From Candidatus Marinacidobacterales bacterium (GTDB lineage: Bacteria > Acidobacteriota > Vicinamibacteria > Marinacidobacterales > DATDRI01), in assembly GCA_965226495.1 (NCBI GenBank), contig OZ245365.1, forward strand, positions 2,176,001 through 2,240,000: 64,000 bases of DNA, in the 5' to 3' direction. The position numbers were made by a program, and so were the translations under genes. Below are positions 9,816 to 18,908 of the stretch, piece by piece. The notes beneath the pieces are model-generated. The model had not been told where the DNA came from, did not search any database, and saw only the letters and a program-made list of their open reading frames with translations. Every line of letters begins with the position of its first letter. The stretch's first letter is position 1.

Positions 9816-11126
9816 GTGAGTTCAATGAAGGCTCAGGCCCTAAGGCAGAAGATTGGAGATAAGACGGTCCGCTTGGCTACGGTGGGCCTGGGGTACGTGG
9901 GTCTACCGCTGTCGGTGGAGTTCGCGAGCGCCGGAGTTCGCGTCGTCGGCATCGACATCGATGGCGAAAAAGTCGATGCGGTTCAACGCGGAGAGTCCTA
10001 CGTCCGGGACGTCCCCTCCGAATCCGTAGCCAAACTGGTGAGCGAAGGGAGGCTCTCCGCCACGATCGATTTCGATGTGCTCAGCGACCAGGACGCGGTC
10101 ATCATTTGCGTTCCGACGCCCCTATCGAAAACGAAGGATCCGGATCTCTCGTTGGTGGTCAATGCGAGTCGCGAGATCGCCAAGAGACTCCGCGACGGCC
10201 AGCTGGTGGTGCTGGAAAGCACGACTTACCCGGGTACGACGGAAGAGTTGATACTTCCGAGCCTCCGAGAAAGTGGTTTGGAAGTAGGGAAGGGCTTCTT
10301 TCTCGCGTTTTCTCCGGAGCGCGTAGATCCTGGGAACACTCGTTGGAATACGCGCAACACGCCCAAGATCATCGGGGGCATGACGCCGAGCTGTCTCGAA
10401 ATGGCGTGCGCGCTGTACGAGCACGCGGTGGACCAAGTGATCCCGGTGTCCTCGACGCGCAGCGCGGAAATGGTAAAGCTCTTGGAGAACACCTTCCGAA
10501 GCGTCAACATCGGCCTGGTTAACGAAGTGGCTCTTATGTGCGATCGTTTGGGCGTGAATGTTTGGGAAGTCATCGATGCCGCGGCCACCAAGCCGTTCGG
10601 CTTCATGCCGTTTTACCCGGGACCTGGGTTGGGTGGTCATTGCATTCCCATCGATCCTTTCTACCTTTCCTGGAAGCTGAAGACCTTGAACTACCGTGCC
10701 CGGTTCATCGAACTGGCGGGGGAGATAAACTCCGGTATGCCGTATTACGTCGTTAGCAAAATTCAGGATGCATTGAACGAAGGAAAAAAGAGCGTGAAGG
10801 GCTCTCACATCCTCATCCTCGGCATGTCCTATAAGAAGGATGTCGATGATATTCGGGAATCCCCCGGTCTGGATATTCTCAGAATTCTGGAGCAGAAGGG
10901 GGCGCGGGTGGTCTATCATGATCCGCTAGTGGCCGAGCTCGAGATGGATGGCAAGACCTATCGCTCAGTGGCACTTGCTGATGCGCTCGACTCGACTGAC
11001 TGCGCCGTCATCGTGACCGAACACTCTTCATTTGACATGGAGACCATCGTGGCTCAGGCTCCACTGGTGATCGATACGCGGAATGCAACCAAGCATCTGC
11101 GTTCGGAAAAAATCCTGAAGATCTGA
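9816..11126 (+). CDS. UDP-N-acetyl-hexosamine 6-dehydrogenase (WbpA/WecC family)
   Basis: GLGYVG, CVPTP, ESTTYPGTT, SPERVDPG, KLLENTFR, catalytic GGHCIP, DIRESP. Confidence 0.93.
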   Translation: MSSMKAQALRQKIGDKTVRLATVGLGYVGLPLSVEFASAGVRVVGIDIDGEKVDAVQRGESYVRDVPSESVAKLVSEGRLSATIDFDVLSDQDAVIICVPTPLSKTKDPDLSLVVNASREIAKRLRDGQLVVLESTTYPGTTEELILPSLRESGLEVGKGFFLAFSPERVDPGNTRWNTRNTPKIIGGMTPSCLEMACALYEHAVDQVIPVSSTRSAEMVKLLENTFRSVNIGLVNEVALMCDRLGVNVWEVIDAAATKPFGFMPFYPGPGLGGHCIPIDPFYLSWKLKTLNYRARFIELAGEINSGMPYYVVSKIQDALNEGKKSVKGSHILILGMSYKKDVDDIRESPGLDILRILEQKGARVVYHDPLVAELEMDGKTYRSVALADALDSTDCAVIVTEHSSFDMETIVAQAPLVIDTRNATKHLRSEKILKI

Positions 11127-11160
11127 GCCTCCGGAGTTCAAGGACGCTCTAGCGTGAGTC

Positions 11161-11727
11161 ATGACGCTTCCGAATCTACCCAACTCCCTGACCTTCAGTC
11201 GTATCTTTCTGGTGCCATTGCTGGTCGTCGTCTTGCTCACCCGCACCGAGCGTTGGGAGATCATCGGCGGTCTGATCGTCGCGGTGGCGGCCTTTACCGA
11301 TTGGCTGGATGGTTTCCTGGCGCGCCGCCGAGGTCAGGTCACGACCCTCGGCATCATGTTGGATCCCATCGCGGACAAACTTCTGGTCTCGGCGGCTTTC
11401 ATCAGCTTGGTGCAGATAGATCTCGCTCCCGCTTGGATGGTGGTCGTGATCGTCGGCCGCGAGTTCGCGGTGTCCGGGCTCAGAAGTATCGCCATCTCCC
11501 GAGGCATTACCATTCCGGCAAGTGGGTTGGGCAAGGGCAAGATGTTGACTCAAGTCGTTGCCATTCTGCTGCTGATCCTTGGTAAGAAGTTCCTCGGTCC
11601 TTTTTACTACCTCGGCGAAGTGTCGCTTTGGGTAGCAGTGGGTTTGGCATTGATCTCGGGTGTGGATTACTTCCTCCGCTTCTATCGAAAGGTCGGAGGG
11701 GAGATTCCCAACGGCAGCGACGCATGA
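11161..11727 (+). CDS. pgsA: CDP-diacylglycerol--glycerol-3-phosphate 3-phosphatidyltransferase
   Basis: NLPNSLT..RI, DWLDGFLARR...G..LDPIADK signature, GKGKM. Confidence 0.9.
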   Translation: MTLPNLPNSLTFSRIFLVPLLVVVLLTRTERWEIIGGLIVAVAAFTDWLDGFLARRRGQVTTLGIMLDPIADKLLVSAAFISLVQIDLAPAWMVVVIVGREFAVSGLRSIAISRGITIPASGLGKGKMLTQVVAILLLILGKKFLGPFYYLGEVSLWVAVGLALISGVDYFLRFYRKVGGEIPNGSDA

Positions 11728-12155
11728 AACCTAGGGACACCCCTTCCGCCCGTGAGGCCGGGGGCCGCCGCGGTTCGAATCGTTTCCGCCTCATCGACGA
11801 AATACCGGTCGTGTATTTAGGGCCGGATGCCCTCGGCGCTCTGAATCGGGGGAGGGGTGTCTTGCTCGGCGCACAACGGCCCGGATGGGTCGATGCTCTT
11901 TTCTTTGACGCGGCGCACAACGGGGACTGGAAGGCACTCGTCGATCGTCGCTTCCGCGGTGGCGGCGACTTGGAGCCGGTTGGGATCGTCGTCTCTCGCG
12001 CCGATTTCCTTCGTCTCAGCGAGAGTCTTTCACGGGAGCTGGTCCCTGGCGACGTGGTCCTCGCGATCGCGGGCAAAAAAGGAAAACCCGCGGCCTATGT
12101 GAACCGCGGGGATGTCCTCGCTCCAGCACGCCTGAAGATCTCAGGCGTGAAGTGA
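11724..12155 (+). CDS. Hypothetical protein (possibly a degenerate JAB/MPN fold)
   Basis: ATGA overlap with the pgsA stop; globular-looking 143 aa that fills the gap to the next gene. Confidence 0.6.
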   Translation: MKPRDTPSAREAGGRRGSNRFRLIDEIPVVYLGPDALGALNRGRGVLLGAQRPGWVDALFFDAAHNGDWKALVDRRFRGGGDLEPVGIVVSRADFLRLSESLSRELVPGDVVLAIAGKKGKPAAYVNRGDVLAPARLKISGVK

Positions 12156-12162
12156 CTTCGAG

Positions 12163-13269
12163 TTACTTCAGCTCGACGAGGTCGCCCCTCTCCATGTAGT
12201 TATAGCTGAGAGTTATCAGCGCCGTTGAGGTCTTGGGATGAACGGTCAGCACCGCCAGCTCTCCCAGCACCTTCCTTGGTGTTCGGGAGGTGTTGAAGCG
12301 AAAGACGGTGAAGATCGAACCAGGAATGACACCGTCGTTCTCGCCTTGGTCGATACTGACCAAGTATCCACGGCCTAGGCTTCCGATCTCCCGAACGTCG
12401 TCCAAAGAGGCGATGATTGTCCCGCGATTCTGGCCGGTCTCAGGAGTTAGTCGGGTGACGGGTTCCTGGAAGGGTACGAGTGGAACGGGTATCGGCTCGA
12501 AGGGGACCAGGTAATGCCCCTCGAGAATATCGCGGCAGGAGCCGATGATTTGGGCGGTAGCGGTCTGCGACTGGACCGCGAGTACAGTTAGCCATCCCGT
12601 CGTATTGATGAGCCATCCGTGCCCGCCGATCTTCCGGACGCGATCCCTGATGTAGTACTCGTCTCCAGCCTTGATCCCGTCCTCTTGTCCACGATTGAGG
12701 TAGATGATATCGGTTTCACTGACGGCGATGTGGACCTTGAAGGTATCCTCGGACTCGAAAATTCGGAACCCCTCGTCTTCTTTCTCGGACACGAAGCCAG
12801 CGCACTGGATCGATTCTTCCTCGAAAATGGGGAATAGGTTGGGGGCCCCTCGGACCACTCCCGTTGCTCCTGCTTCACCCTCGGCGCCGGACGTTCCGTC
12901 TGGACCGCCCGCACCGGGTTCCTCATCCGCGGCGCGTAGCACGTCGAGATCGGGAATGACGAGCGGATCGCCTGGATAGATCCAGTGGGGGTCGGTGATG
13001 TAACGGTTGGCTTCCCAGAGTTGGGGCCACAGAAAGGGATTCTCCTGATACGTATTGGAGAGGTCCCAAAGCGTGTCACCCTTGACGATGATGTGGAGCC
13101 TCGTGCCTTCCGGGAAACTGTTCGGAGCTTGGTAGGGAGACCAGTGAGGAGGGATGACGATCTCACCTCCCTCTGATGCCTGATCGGGGGATTGCTCTGC
13201 CCAGGCCAGCCCACCACTGACCAGAATCGCCATGCCCCAAGTGCTAATCCGCGACGGTCGGGTCCTCAC
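12163..13269 (-). CDS. Secreted LysM peptidoglycan-binding domain protein
   Basis: Signal peptide ending LAWA; HIIVKGDTLWDLS...WPQLWEAN.YI.DPHWIYPGD LysM; GTG start after GGAGG. Confidence 0.9.
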   Translation of the reverse strand: MRTRPSRISTWGMAILVSGGLAWAEQSPDQASEGGEIVIPPHWSPYQAPNSFPEGTRLHIIVKGDTLWDLSNTYQENPFLWPQLWEANRYITDPHWIYPGDPLVIPDLDVLRAADEEPGAGGPDGTSGAEGEAGATGVVRGAPNLFPIFEEESIQCAGFVSEKEDEGFRIFESEDTFKVHIAVSETDIIYLNRGQEDGIKAGDEYYIRDRVRKIGGHGWLINTTGWLTVLAVQSQTATAQIIGSCRDILEGHYLVPFEPIPVPLVPFQEPVTRLTPETGQNRGTIIASLDDVREIGSLGRGYLVSIDQGENDGVIPGSIFTVFRFNTSRTPRKVLGELAVLTVHPKTSTALITLSYNYMERGDLVELK

Positions 13270-13310
13270 GATATACCTCCACTGGGATTTCAAACCGGAT
13301 CTTATTTACT

Positions 13311-13340
13311 ACGGTAGCAGCTAGATATCCGTGGTGTCAA
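13311..13340 (-). promoter_or_regulatory. Putative sigma70 promoter of the LysM gene
   Basis: TTGACA (13340-13335), 18-nt spacer, TACCGT with an extended TGn. Confidence 0.5.
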
Positions 13341-13401
13341 GAGGTATTTCCATGAAACCTTAAAGTTGTACTTGAAGGTTGGGATGGGCGAAGCGCCTGA
13401 A

Positions 13402-14223
13402 TCATGGAATCTTTGGGCCCTCGTCGGCCTTGGCCTGGAGGGCTCCCAAACGCTTTTCCGCGTCGTCCTTGAAGTCACTCGAGGGGTAGTTATCGATGAG
13501 CTCCTTGTAGTAGGGCATGGCTTGCACGGGAGCGCCGCACTTAATGTGGGCCTCCCCCAAGGCCCAGTACACCTCGTCGATCCGGCTGAAGGTCGGATAG
13601 TTCTCCAAGACGCCCTTGAGGCGAGCGATCGAGCCCCGGCAGTGTTTACGGACCTTCATGTAGAACCGACCGATGCGATATTCGTGGTCGGCCAAGGTCT
13701 CGTTGCAGTCCACGAGCAGCTCGCGGCCCGTCTCTGCGTAGGGGCTAGAGGGGTACAGATCGATGAGCTTTTCGAGCTCTTCGACGGCGGTTCGAGTCGG
13801 GTCCTGGTCCCGGTCGGCGCTGCGCTTTTGTCGATAGTAGGCGTAGGCGATCTGGTACTGGACGTAGTCGGCGCGAGGGTGATTGGGGAAGAAGGTGAGT
13901 ACATCACGGTACTCTGCGATCGACAGCACGATGTTTCCAAGCCCCTTCTGATAGAAATAGGAGTCTGCGATACCGACCCGAGCGTCGCCGACGTACTGGC
14001 TCCTCGGGAATGTGTCGATCAGCTGTTGGAAGTAGCCGCGCGCTTCGTCCCAGTGTTTTTCCTCTAATTGGTTCTGGCCGAGCTCCAGGAGCATCTGATC
14101 GCCCCCGGCGTCGGAAGAGAAGTCACGAACCACTGTTTTGCTGCCGCAGGAAATCGAAATCGCCAGACACGCGAGGATCGCCGCCAACTTGATGCTTGTC
14201 ACTCTTGGTTCCGTTCGGGCCAT
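13402..14223 (-). CDS. bamD: Outer membrane protein assembly factor BamD (lipoprotein)
   Basis: Lipobox ISC, TPR repeats, FPNHPRADY, DRDQ, YPSSPYA, LADHEYRIGRFY. Confidence 0.9.
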   Translation of the reverse strand: MARTEPRVTSIKLAAILACLAISISCGSKTVVRDFSSDAGGDQMLLELGQNQLEEKHWDEARGYFQQLIDTFPRSQYVGDARVGIADSYFYQKGLGNIVLSIAEYRDVLTFFPNHPRADYVQYQIAYAYYRQKRSADRDQDPTRTAVEELEKLIDLYPSSPYAETGRELLVDCNETLADHEYRIGRFYMKVRKHCRGSIARLKGVLENYPTFSRIDEVYWALGEAHIKCGAPVQAMPYYKELIDNYPSSDFKDDAEKRLGALQAKADEGPKIP

Positions 14224-14239
14224 TGGTAGTCAACCGAAA

Positions 14240-15211
14240 TTATAGCCCAGCGGCTCCCGTGCCGCCCTGCTTGGCAATGGCGGTTCTCAGCCATTTCCAC
14301 TCCTCTTCCAGTCCATCCCGCAGCGTGACCTTGGGCTGGTAGCCCAGATCGTTTCGCGCCGCGGTCGTGTCGGCATAGGTATCTCGCATGTCGCCTTTTT
14401 GGTTGGGCTCTCGGCGAAGGCGAAACTTCGTGCCGGTGAGCTTCTCGATCTCCTCGATGACCTCGAGGAGGGATACGCGCGAGCCGCCGCCGATGTTGTA
14501 AACGCTACCGGGACGCCCTCGTTGCGCGGCAGCCAAGGTGGCTTCTACCGCGTCGCTCACATAGGTGAAATCGCGCGTCTGCTGGCCGTCACCGAAGAGA
14601 TGAAACTCCTCTCCGTCGAGGGCGTTTCGAAACAGACGGTGAAACGCCATGTCCGGACGCTGGCGTGGCCCATAGACCGTAAAGTATCGCAGGCCCATGG
14701 TGGGGACTGAGTGGTTCACGCAATAGAGGTAGCACAGTTTTTCGACCGCAAGCTTGGATACCCCATAGGGTGAGAGCGGATGCAACGGGACCGACTCCCG
14801 CATCGGGAGCTCCGCGGCATCACCATAGACGGAGGAGGAAGACGCGTAGACAAAGGCCTTCACCGGTTCCTTAACCGCCGCCTCGAGAAGGCGCTGGGTC
14901 GCCAAGATATTGTTATCGGTATAGACCGAAAATTCCTTTCCCCAGCTAGCTCGGACCCCCGCTTGGGCAGCCAAGTGGTAGACCACATCTACTCTTGCTA
15001 ATAGGGGCTCGAGCTCCATCTCCTGAAGCGGTGTTTCGATTAGCTCGAAGCGCGGCGAACGGGTGAGCGATTCGAGGTTCTTCTGCTTGATCTCTCGAGG
15101 GTAATAGTCGATGAAAGAATCGACCCCAATAACGTTTTCCCCCTGGGCGGTGAGCGCCTCCGCCAAATGGGAGCCAATGAAGCCGGCAACACCGGTGACC
15201 ACAACGTTCAA
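14240..15211 (-). CDS. NAD-dependent epimerase/dehydratase (UDP-glucuronate 4-epimerase-like)
   Basis: TGVAGFIG, HLAAQAGVR, ASSSSVYG, YGVSK, RYFTVYGPRQRPDMA. Confidence 0.92.
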   Translation of the reverse strand: MNVVVTGVAGFIGSHLAEALTAQGENVIGVDSFIDYYPREIKQKNLESLTRSPRFELIETPLQEMELEPLLARVDVVYHLAAQAGVRASWGKEFSVYTDNNILATQRLLEAAVKEPVKAFVYASSSSVYGDAAELPMRESVPLHPLSPYGVSKLAVEKLCYLYCVNHSVPTMGLRYFTVYGPRQRPDMAFHRLFRNALDGEEFHLFGDGQQTRDFTYVSDAVEATLAAAQRGRPGSVYNIGGGSRVSLLEVIEEIEKLTGTKFRLRREPNQKGDMRDTYADTTAARNDLGYQPKVTLRDGLEEEWKWLRTAIAKQGGTGAAGL

Positions 15212-15747
15212 AGAACCAACCTCGCAAGCTGTTCCGGGAGTCGCATGGGTTTTCCTCGTTGGTCGACGGCAGCATGGACGGTATTGCCAGTGGCGAGGAG
15301 CTCGTCTTCCTTATCTTCCTCACCTGGCTCACCTGGCTCTTCCTCACCTGGCTCACCTGGCTCACCTGGCTCACCTGGCTCACCTGGCTCACCTGGCTCA
15401 CCTGGCTCACCTGGCCCACCTGGCCCACCTCGGTCTACTCGACGGCCTTGACTGCCGATGCGGCGGACCTCGTACTCGAAAAGCAGGCGGGTACGTTTCG
15501 CCTGCGATACCTTGGTGAGGATCCGAAGCAGGTCGTCGTAGTGGGCCGGTTTGAGATAGCGACAGTGTGCTTCGACGACGGGAAGAAATACACCGTGGCT
15601 CTCGAGGTCTCGATAACTCACTCCGCTCTCGCGGAGAAGGTCCGATCGGCCCGCTTCGAACCAGTTGAGGTAGTGGGCGTAGTAGGCTACCCGCATCTGG
15701 TCGGTCTCGCCATATCGAACTCGGATTTCACAGGTTGCTTCTGCCAT
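15208..15747 (-). CDS. Acyl-CoA thioesterase (YbgC/4HBT hot-dog family) with repeat insertion
   Basis: RVRYGETDQMRVAYYAHYLNWFEAGR, YLKPAHYDD, ELLATG.TVH. Confidence 0.88.
   Translation of the reverse strand: MAEATCEIRVRYGETDQMRVAYYAHYLNWFEAGRSDLLRESGVSYRDLESHGVFLPVVEAHCRYLKPAHYDDLLRILTKVSQAKRTRLLFEYEVRRIGSQGRRVDRGGPGGPGEPGEPGEPGEPGEPGEPGEPGEEEPGEPGEEDKEDELLATGNTVHAAVDQRGKPMRLPEQLARLVL
15319..15430. repeat. In-frame 9-bp tandem repeat (CTCACCTGG)
   Basis: Ten perfect units (2 + 8, separated by CTCTTC) plus one CCCACCTGG variant and a partial one; encodes (Pro-Gly-Glu)n on the minus strand. Confidence 0.97.
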
Positions 15748-15754
15748 GGCCGAA

Positions 15755-16426
15755 TCAAGCCCCTGTCGTGTCGGCCTGGAGCATTTCCTCGAGCATTGCT
15801 CGAAGATGCTCCGCCGGGTCGTCGGCGTTGAAGATCGCGGAGCCGGCGACGACGACATTTGCCCCTGCGGTTACCGCTTCTCGGACGTTGCCGATATTGA
15901 TGCCGCCGTCGATTTCGATCTCGACAGGAAGCGCGTCCCTCGAGACCATCATGCGCAATTGCTCGAGGCGAGCGAGACTGCCGGGAATGAAATCTTGGCC
16001 GGCGAAACCAGGGTAGACCGACATGACGATGACGTAATCGACGTTCGGTAGCAACTCCTCCATTGCGCGGATAGGTGTCGATGGGGCCAGCGCGACGCCG
16101 GCTTTCTTGCCGTTGTCACGGATGGCCTGGATCGTTCGGTCTAGATGGTGAAGCGTTTCCGGATGGACCGCGATCATGTCGGCGCCCGCATTACAGAAAG
16201 CATCGATCCACCGATCGGCGTTTTCGATCTGGAGGTGGACATCGAGCGGGAGTCGAGTGGTCCGTCGTATCGCTTCGACGACCAAAGGTCCAAAGGTTAA
16301 ATTCTCCACGAAGTGCCCGTCCATCACGTCGAGGTGAAGCTGTCTTGCTCCGGCCTGTTCGAGACCGGCGATTTGATCTCGTAACCGAGAGAAATCTGCG
16401 GAGAGAATAGATGGTGCCAGTCGCAT
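15755..16426 (-). CDS. rpe: Ribulose-phosphate 3-epimerase
   Basis: APSILSADF, HLDVMDGHFV.NLTFG, DVHL, MSVYPGFAGQ, IDGG, VAGSAIF. Confidence 0.96.
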   Translation of the reverse strand: MRLAPSILSADFSRLRDQIAGLEQAGARQLHLDVMDGHFVENLTFGPLVVEAIRRTTRLPLDVHLQIENADRWIDAFCNAGADMIAVHPETLHHLDRTIQAIRDNGKKAGVALAPSTPIRAMEELLPNVDYVIVMSVYPGFAGQDFIPGSLARLEQLRMMVSRDALPVEIEIDGGINIGNVREAVTAGANVVVAGSAIFNADDPAEHLRAMLEEMLQADTTGA

Positions 16427-16482
16427 GGCCCCCCTGAATACATCGCTACCCGACGGGTGCCGGGTCTCGGACTGAGGCAATG

Positions 16483-17298
16483 TCAGGAGCCCTTGCTTAC
16501 GTACAGCACGATACGGTCTCGAGAGTGCACTTTCGTGCCCGCTCCGGGAGTTTGTCTGACGACCACACCCTTGCGTACTCCGGGGTAATCGACGTAGCGG
16601 ATACTGCCGATCCGAAGGCTGCCTCGTCGGACGCGATCCAAAATCGCAGAAAGCTCACGGCCGATAAAGTCCGGCATCACGTAAGAGGTGCCGCGGTACC
16701 CGCGGGACAAAAGAACGGAGACCTCGGTTGCGTCCCCTGCCTCGTCGTAGGCCGAAGGGTTCTGCGCGATCACCGTGTCGGTGCCGTACACGTCACTGTG
16801 AACTTTCACCACTCGCCCGAGGGCGAAGCCGTTCTGCTCGAGAAGAATCTGAGCCGATTGCAAGGACTCCCCCTCGACGCGCGGGACGATTCTCCGCTCC
16901 GGACCCAGACTGACCCAGACCTTGACGGTGCGACCCTTCTTGAGCTTGGTGCTCGGTGGCGGCAGTTGATGCACGATGAGGTCGGCAGGGAGATCAGGAT
17001 CGAAACGATTTCCGTCGTGTCTGAGGTTGAGCTCGGCTTGCGTCAATAGTGGGCCGGCATCCGAGAGCGCCGCGCCGATGAGGTTGGGAACCGTGATCTC
17101 GTTGCCGCGTACCGCGAACGTGAAAGTCGCGAAAGCGGAGACGAGTCCGCTTGCCACCAGAGCGGCGCCTATCAGAAGGTATTCGACCCACCGAACGACG
17201 GCGGCGCCGAAACGGTTCTTCGGCTTCCACGACAGCAGGGTGTTGGCGCGTCGCCCCCGCCGAACGTTTGGCCCGGGCGAGGCCGAATCCCTTACCAT
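16483..17298 (-). CDS. Membrane-anchored PASTA-domain protein (3 PASTA repeats, no kinase)
   Basis: One TM helix, then VPNLIG, VPRVEG and MPDFIG repeats with Q.P..G...V.VS.G. Confidence 0.9.
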   Translation of the reverse strand: MVRDSASPGPNVRRGRRANTLLSWKPKNRFGAAVVRWVEYLLIGAALVASGLVSAFATFTFAVRGNEITVPNLIGAALSDAGPLLTQAELNLRHDGNRFDPDLPADLIVHQLPPPSTKLKKGRTVKVWVSLGPERRIVPRVEGESLQSAQILLEQNGFALGRVVKVHSDVYGTDTVIAQNPSAYDEAGDATEVSVLLSRGYRGTSYVMPDFIGRELSAILDRVRRGSLRIGSIRYVDYPGVRKGVVVRQTPGAGTKVHSRDRIVLYVSKGS

Positions 17299-17444
17299 TC
17301 GCTCTCCACACTCTTTCCTCCACGTTCGTCCAAGACCCCTCCATTCTAACTTGACCCGCGTATTCCCTGAAAGTGCTTTGAAAACAAAGGCATCAGACGG
17401 GATTTACTGGATGGACCGGATATCGGCCTATTTGGCTTCCTAGC

Positions 17445-18800
17445 TCACTCCGTTTTTGTGAGAACAGTCGCGAAGTAGCCGTCCACGTCGTCTCTCCCCG
17501 GTTCTGTTCTCAACGCGAGGTCGGATCCAATCAAGTGGCGCGCCGCGGTGGGGAAGGTCGCCGGAGGTTTGGCAGCTCTGAAACCGGTGTGGGACGACAG
17601 AAAGCTCTCGATGACCTCTTCGTTCTCTTCGGGTTCGGTAGAGCACGTGGCGTAAACCAGCCTTCCTCCGGGGCTGAGTTGCGCAGCGCAGGAGTCGAGC
17701 AACTGACCTTGCGTCGCCGCGTGCGACCGGAGGTCCTTCTCCTGGAGGCGCCACTTGATGTCGGGATTGCGTGCCAAGGTACCGAGGCTCGAACAGGGGG
17801 CGTCGAGCAGAATGCGTTCGAAGGAATTGTGGAACGGCAAAAAACGGGAATCGGCGACGATCCCAACCAGGTTCGGCGAGCCCAAGCGTTTGGCGAGCGA
17901 TGTCAAGAGTCGCAAGCGAGCGGGGCGTCCGTCGACGGCAAACAGGAGACTTGGTCTCACCCAAGGAGCGACCTCGGTGGCTTTCGCGCCCGGAGCGGCG
18001 CAGGCGTCCAGGGTTCGGGCCCCGGGCTCGGCGCCAAGAAGATACGGGATGAGTTGAGAACCCGCCTCTTGAATGAAGACCGCCCCGCTCGAATAGAGTT
18101 TGCTCGCCGTTGCCTTGCCGGAGCTAACCCTGAGGCCGCGAGGTGCAATGGGGAAGCGAGAGGCAGAGATGTCTTCTTGACGGAGCGCCACTTGTGCCGT
18201 CTCGAGATCGAAGGGTGGCTCGACGCGCAGGTCGGTGGGCGGGCGACGGTTGTTGCGAAGACAGAGCGCCTCCGCTCGATCGAGCCCGAGGCGCGACAGG
18301 TAACGCTGAGCCAGCCACTGTGGATGAGACAAAGTGATAGTGAGATAGCGAAGTGCGTCGTCTTGTTTGCGCGGCAACTGCGGCTTGTCGCGCCCGCGGC
18401 ACAAACTCCGCAGCACCGCGTTTACCAGCTTCGAGCCTCCTCTTGCCCCGAACGCGTGCGCTAGCTTCACCGACTCGTCGACCGCGGCCCGCTCCGGCAC
18501 TCTGCTCAAATAACGAATCTGATAAAGGCCGATACGAAGCGCAATGAGTAGTGGACGATCGATGCTGGAGCTGGGCCGGCGTGCATGAAACTCGATGATG
18601 TGGTCGAGCAACGATTGCCAGCGGAGAACTCCGTAGACGATCTCCGTGAGCAGATCGTTGTCGGCCGGGCTTAGCGCTTGGGTGGGCCCTTCGTGCAGGA
18701 GGGCGCTCGGCGCGGCACGTTCCCGCGCGACTTCGTTCAAGATGGAAAAGGCCGCCGATCGGGCGGGTGACGGATTGGGTGACACTTTCTTTCTGTTCAT
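17445..18800 (-). CDS. rsmB: 16S rRNA m5C967 methyltransferase RsmB (Sun)
   Basis: NusB-like N-terminus, DACAAPGAK, LLDAPCS, YATCS. Confidence 0.95.
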   Translation of the reverse strand: MNRKKVSPNPSPARSAAFSILNEVARERAAPSALLHEGPTQALSPADNDLLTEIVYGVLRWQSLLDHIIEFHARRPSSSIDRPLLIALRIGLYQIRYLSRVPERAAVDESVKLAHAFGARGGSKLVNAVLRSLCRGRDKPQLPRKQDDALRYLTITLSHPQWLAQRYLSRLGLDRAEALCLRNNRRPPTDLRVEPPFDLETAQVALRQEDISASRFPIAPRGLRVSSGKATASKLYSSGAVFIQEAGSQLIPYLLGAEPGARTLDACAAPGAKATEVAPWVRPSLLFAVDGRPARLRLLTSLAKRLGSPNLVGIVADSRFLPFHNSFERILLDAPCSSLGTLARNPDIKWRLQEKDLRSHAATQGQLLDSCAAQLSPGGRLVYATCSTEPEENEEVIESFLSSHTGFRAAKPPATFPTAARHLIGSDLALRTEPGRDDVDGYFATVLTKTE

Positions 18801-18908
18801 GTGGCCGTCCGGGCGAGCTGCGGCGCGCTCAAGGCTCCAGAAGTCTATTCAAAGCTGGGCGCAGGTGCTAGCATATCGTTCCCCAGATCAATAAAGGAGG
18901 GTGAGGGG

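Noticed and set aside
14946-15831. Alternative-frame repeat ORFs such as (TWL)n, (SQV)n, (HLA)n and (SPG)n
   Set aside because: They are by-products of a stop-free 9-bp repeat; only the thioesterase frame has family motifs on both sides.
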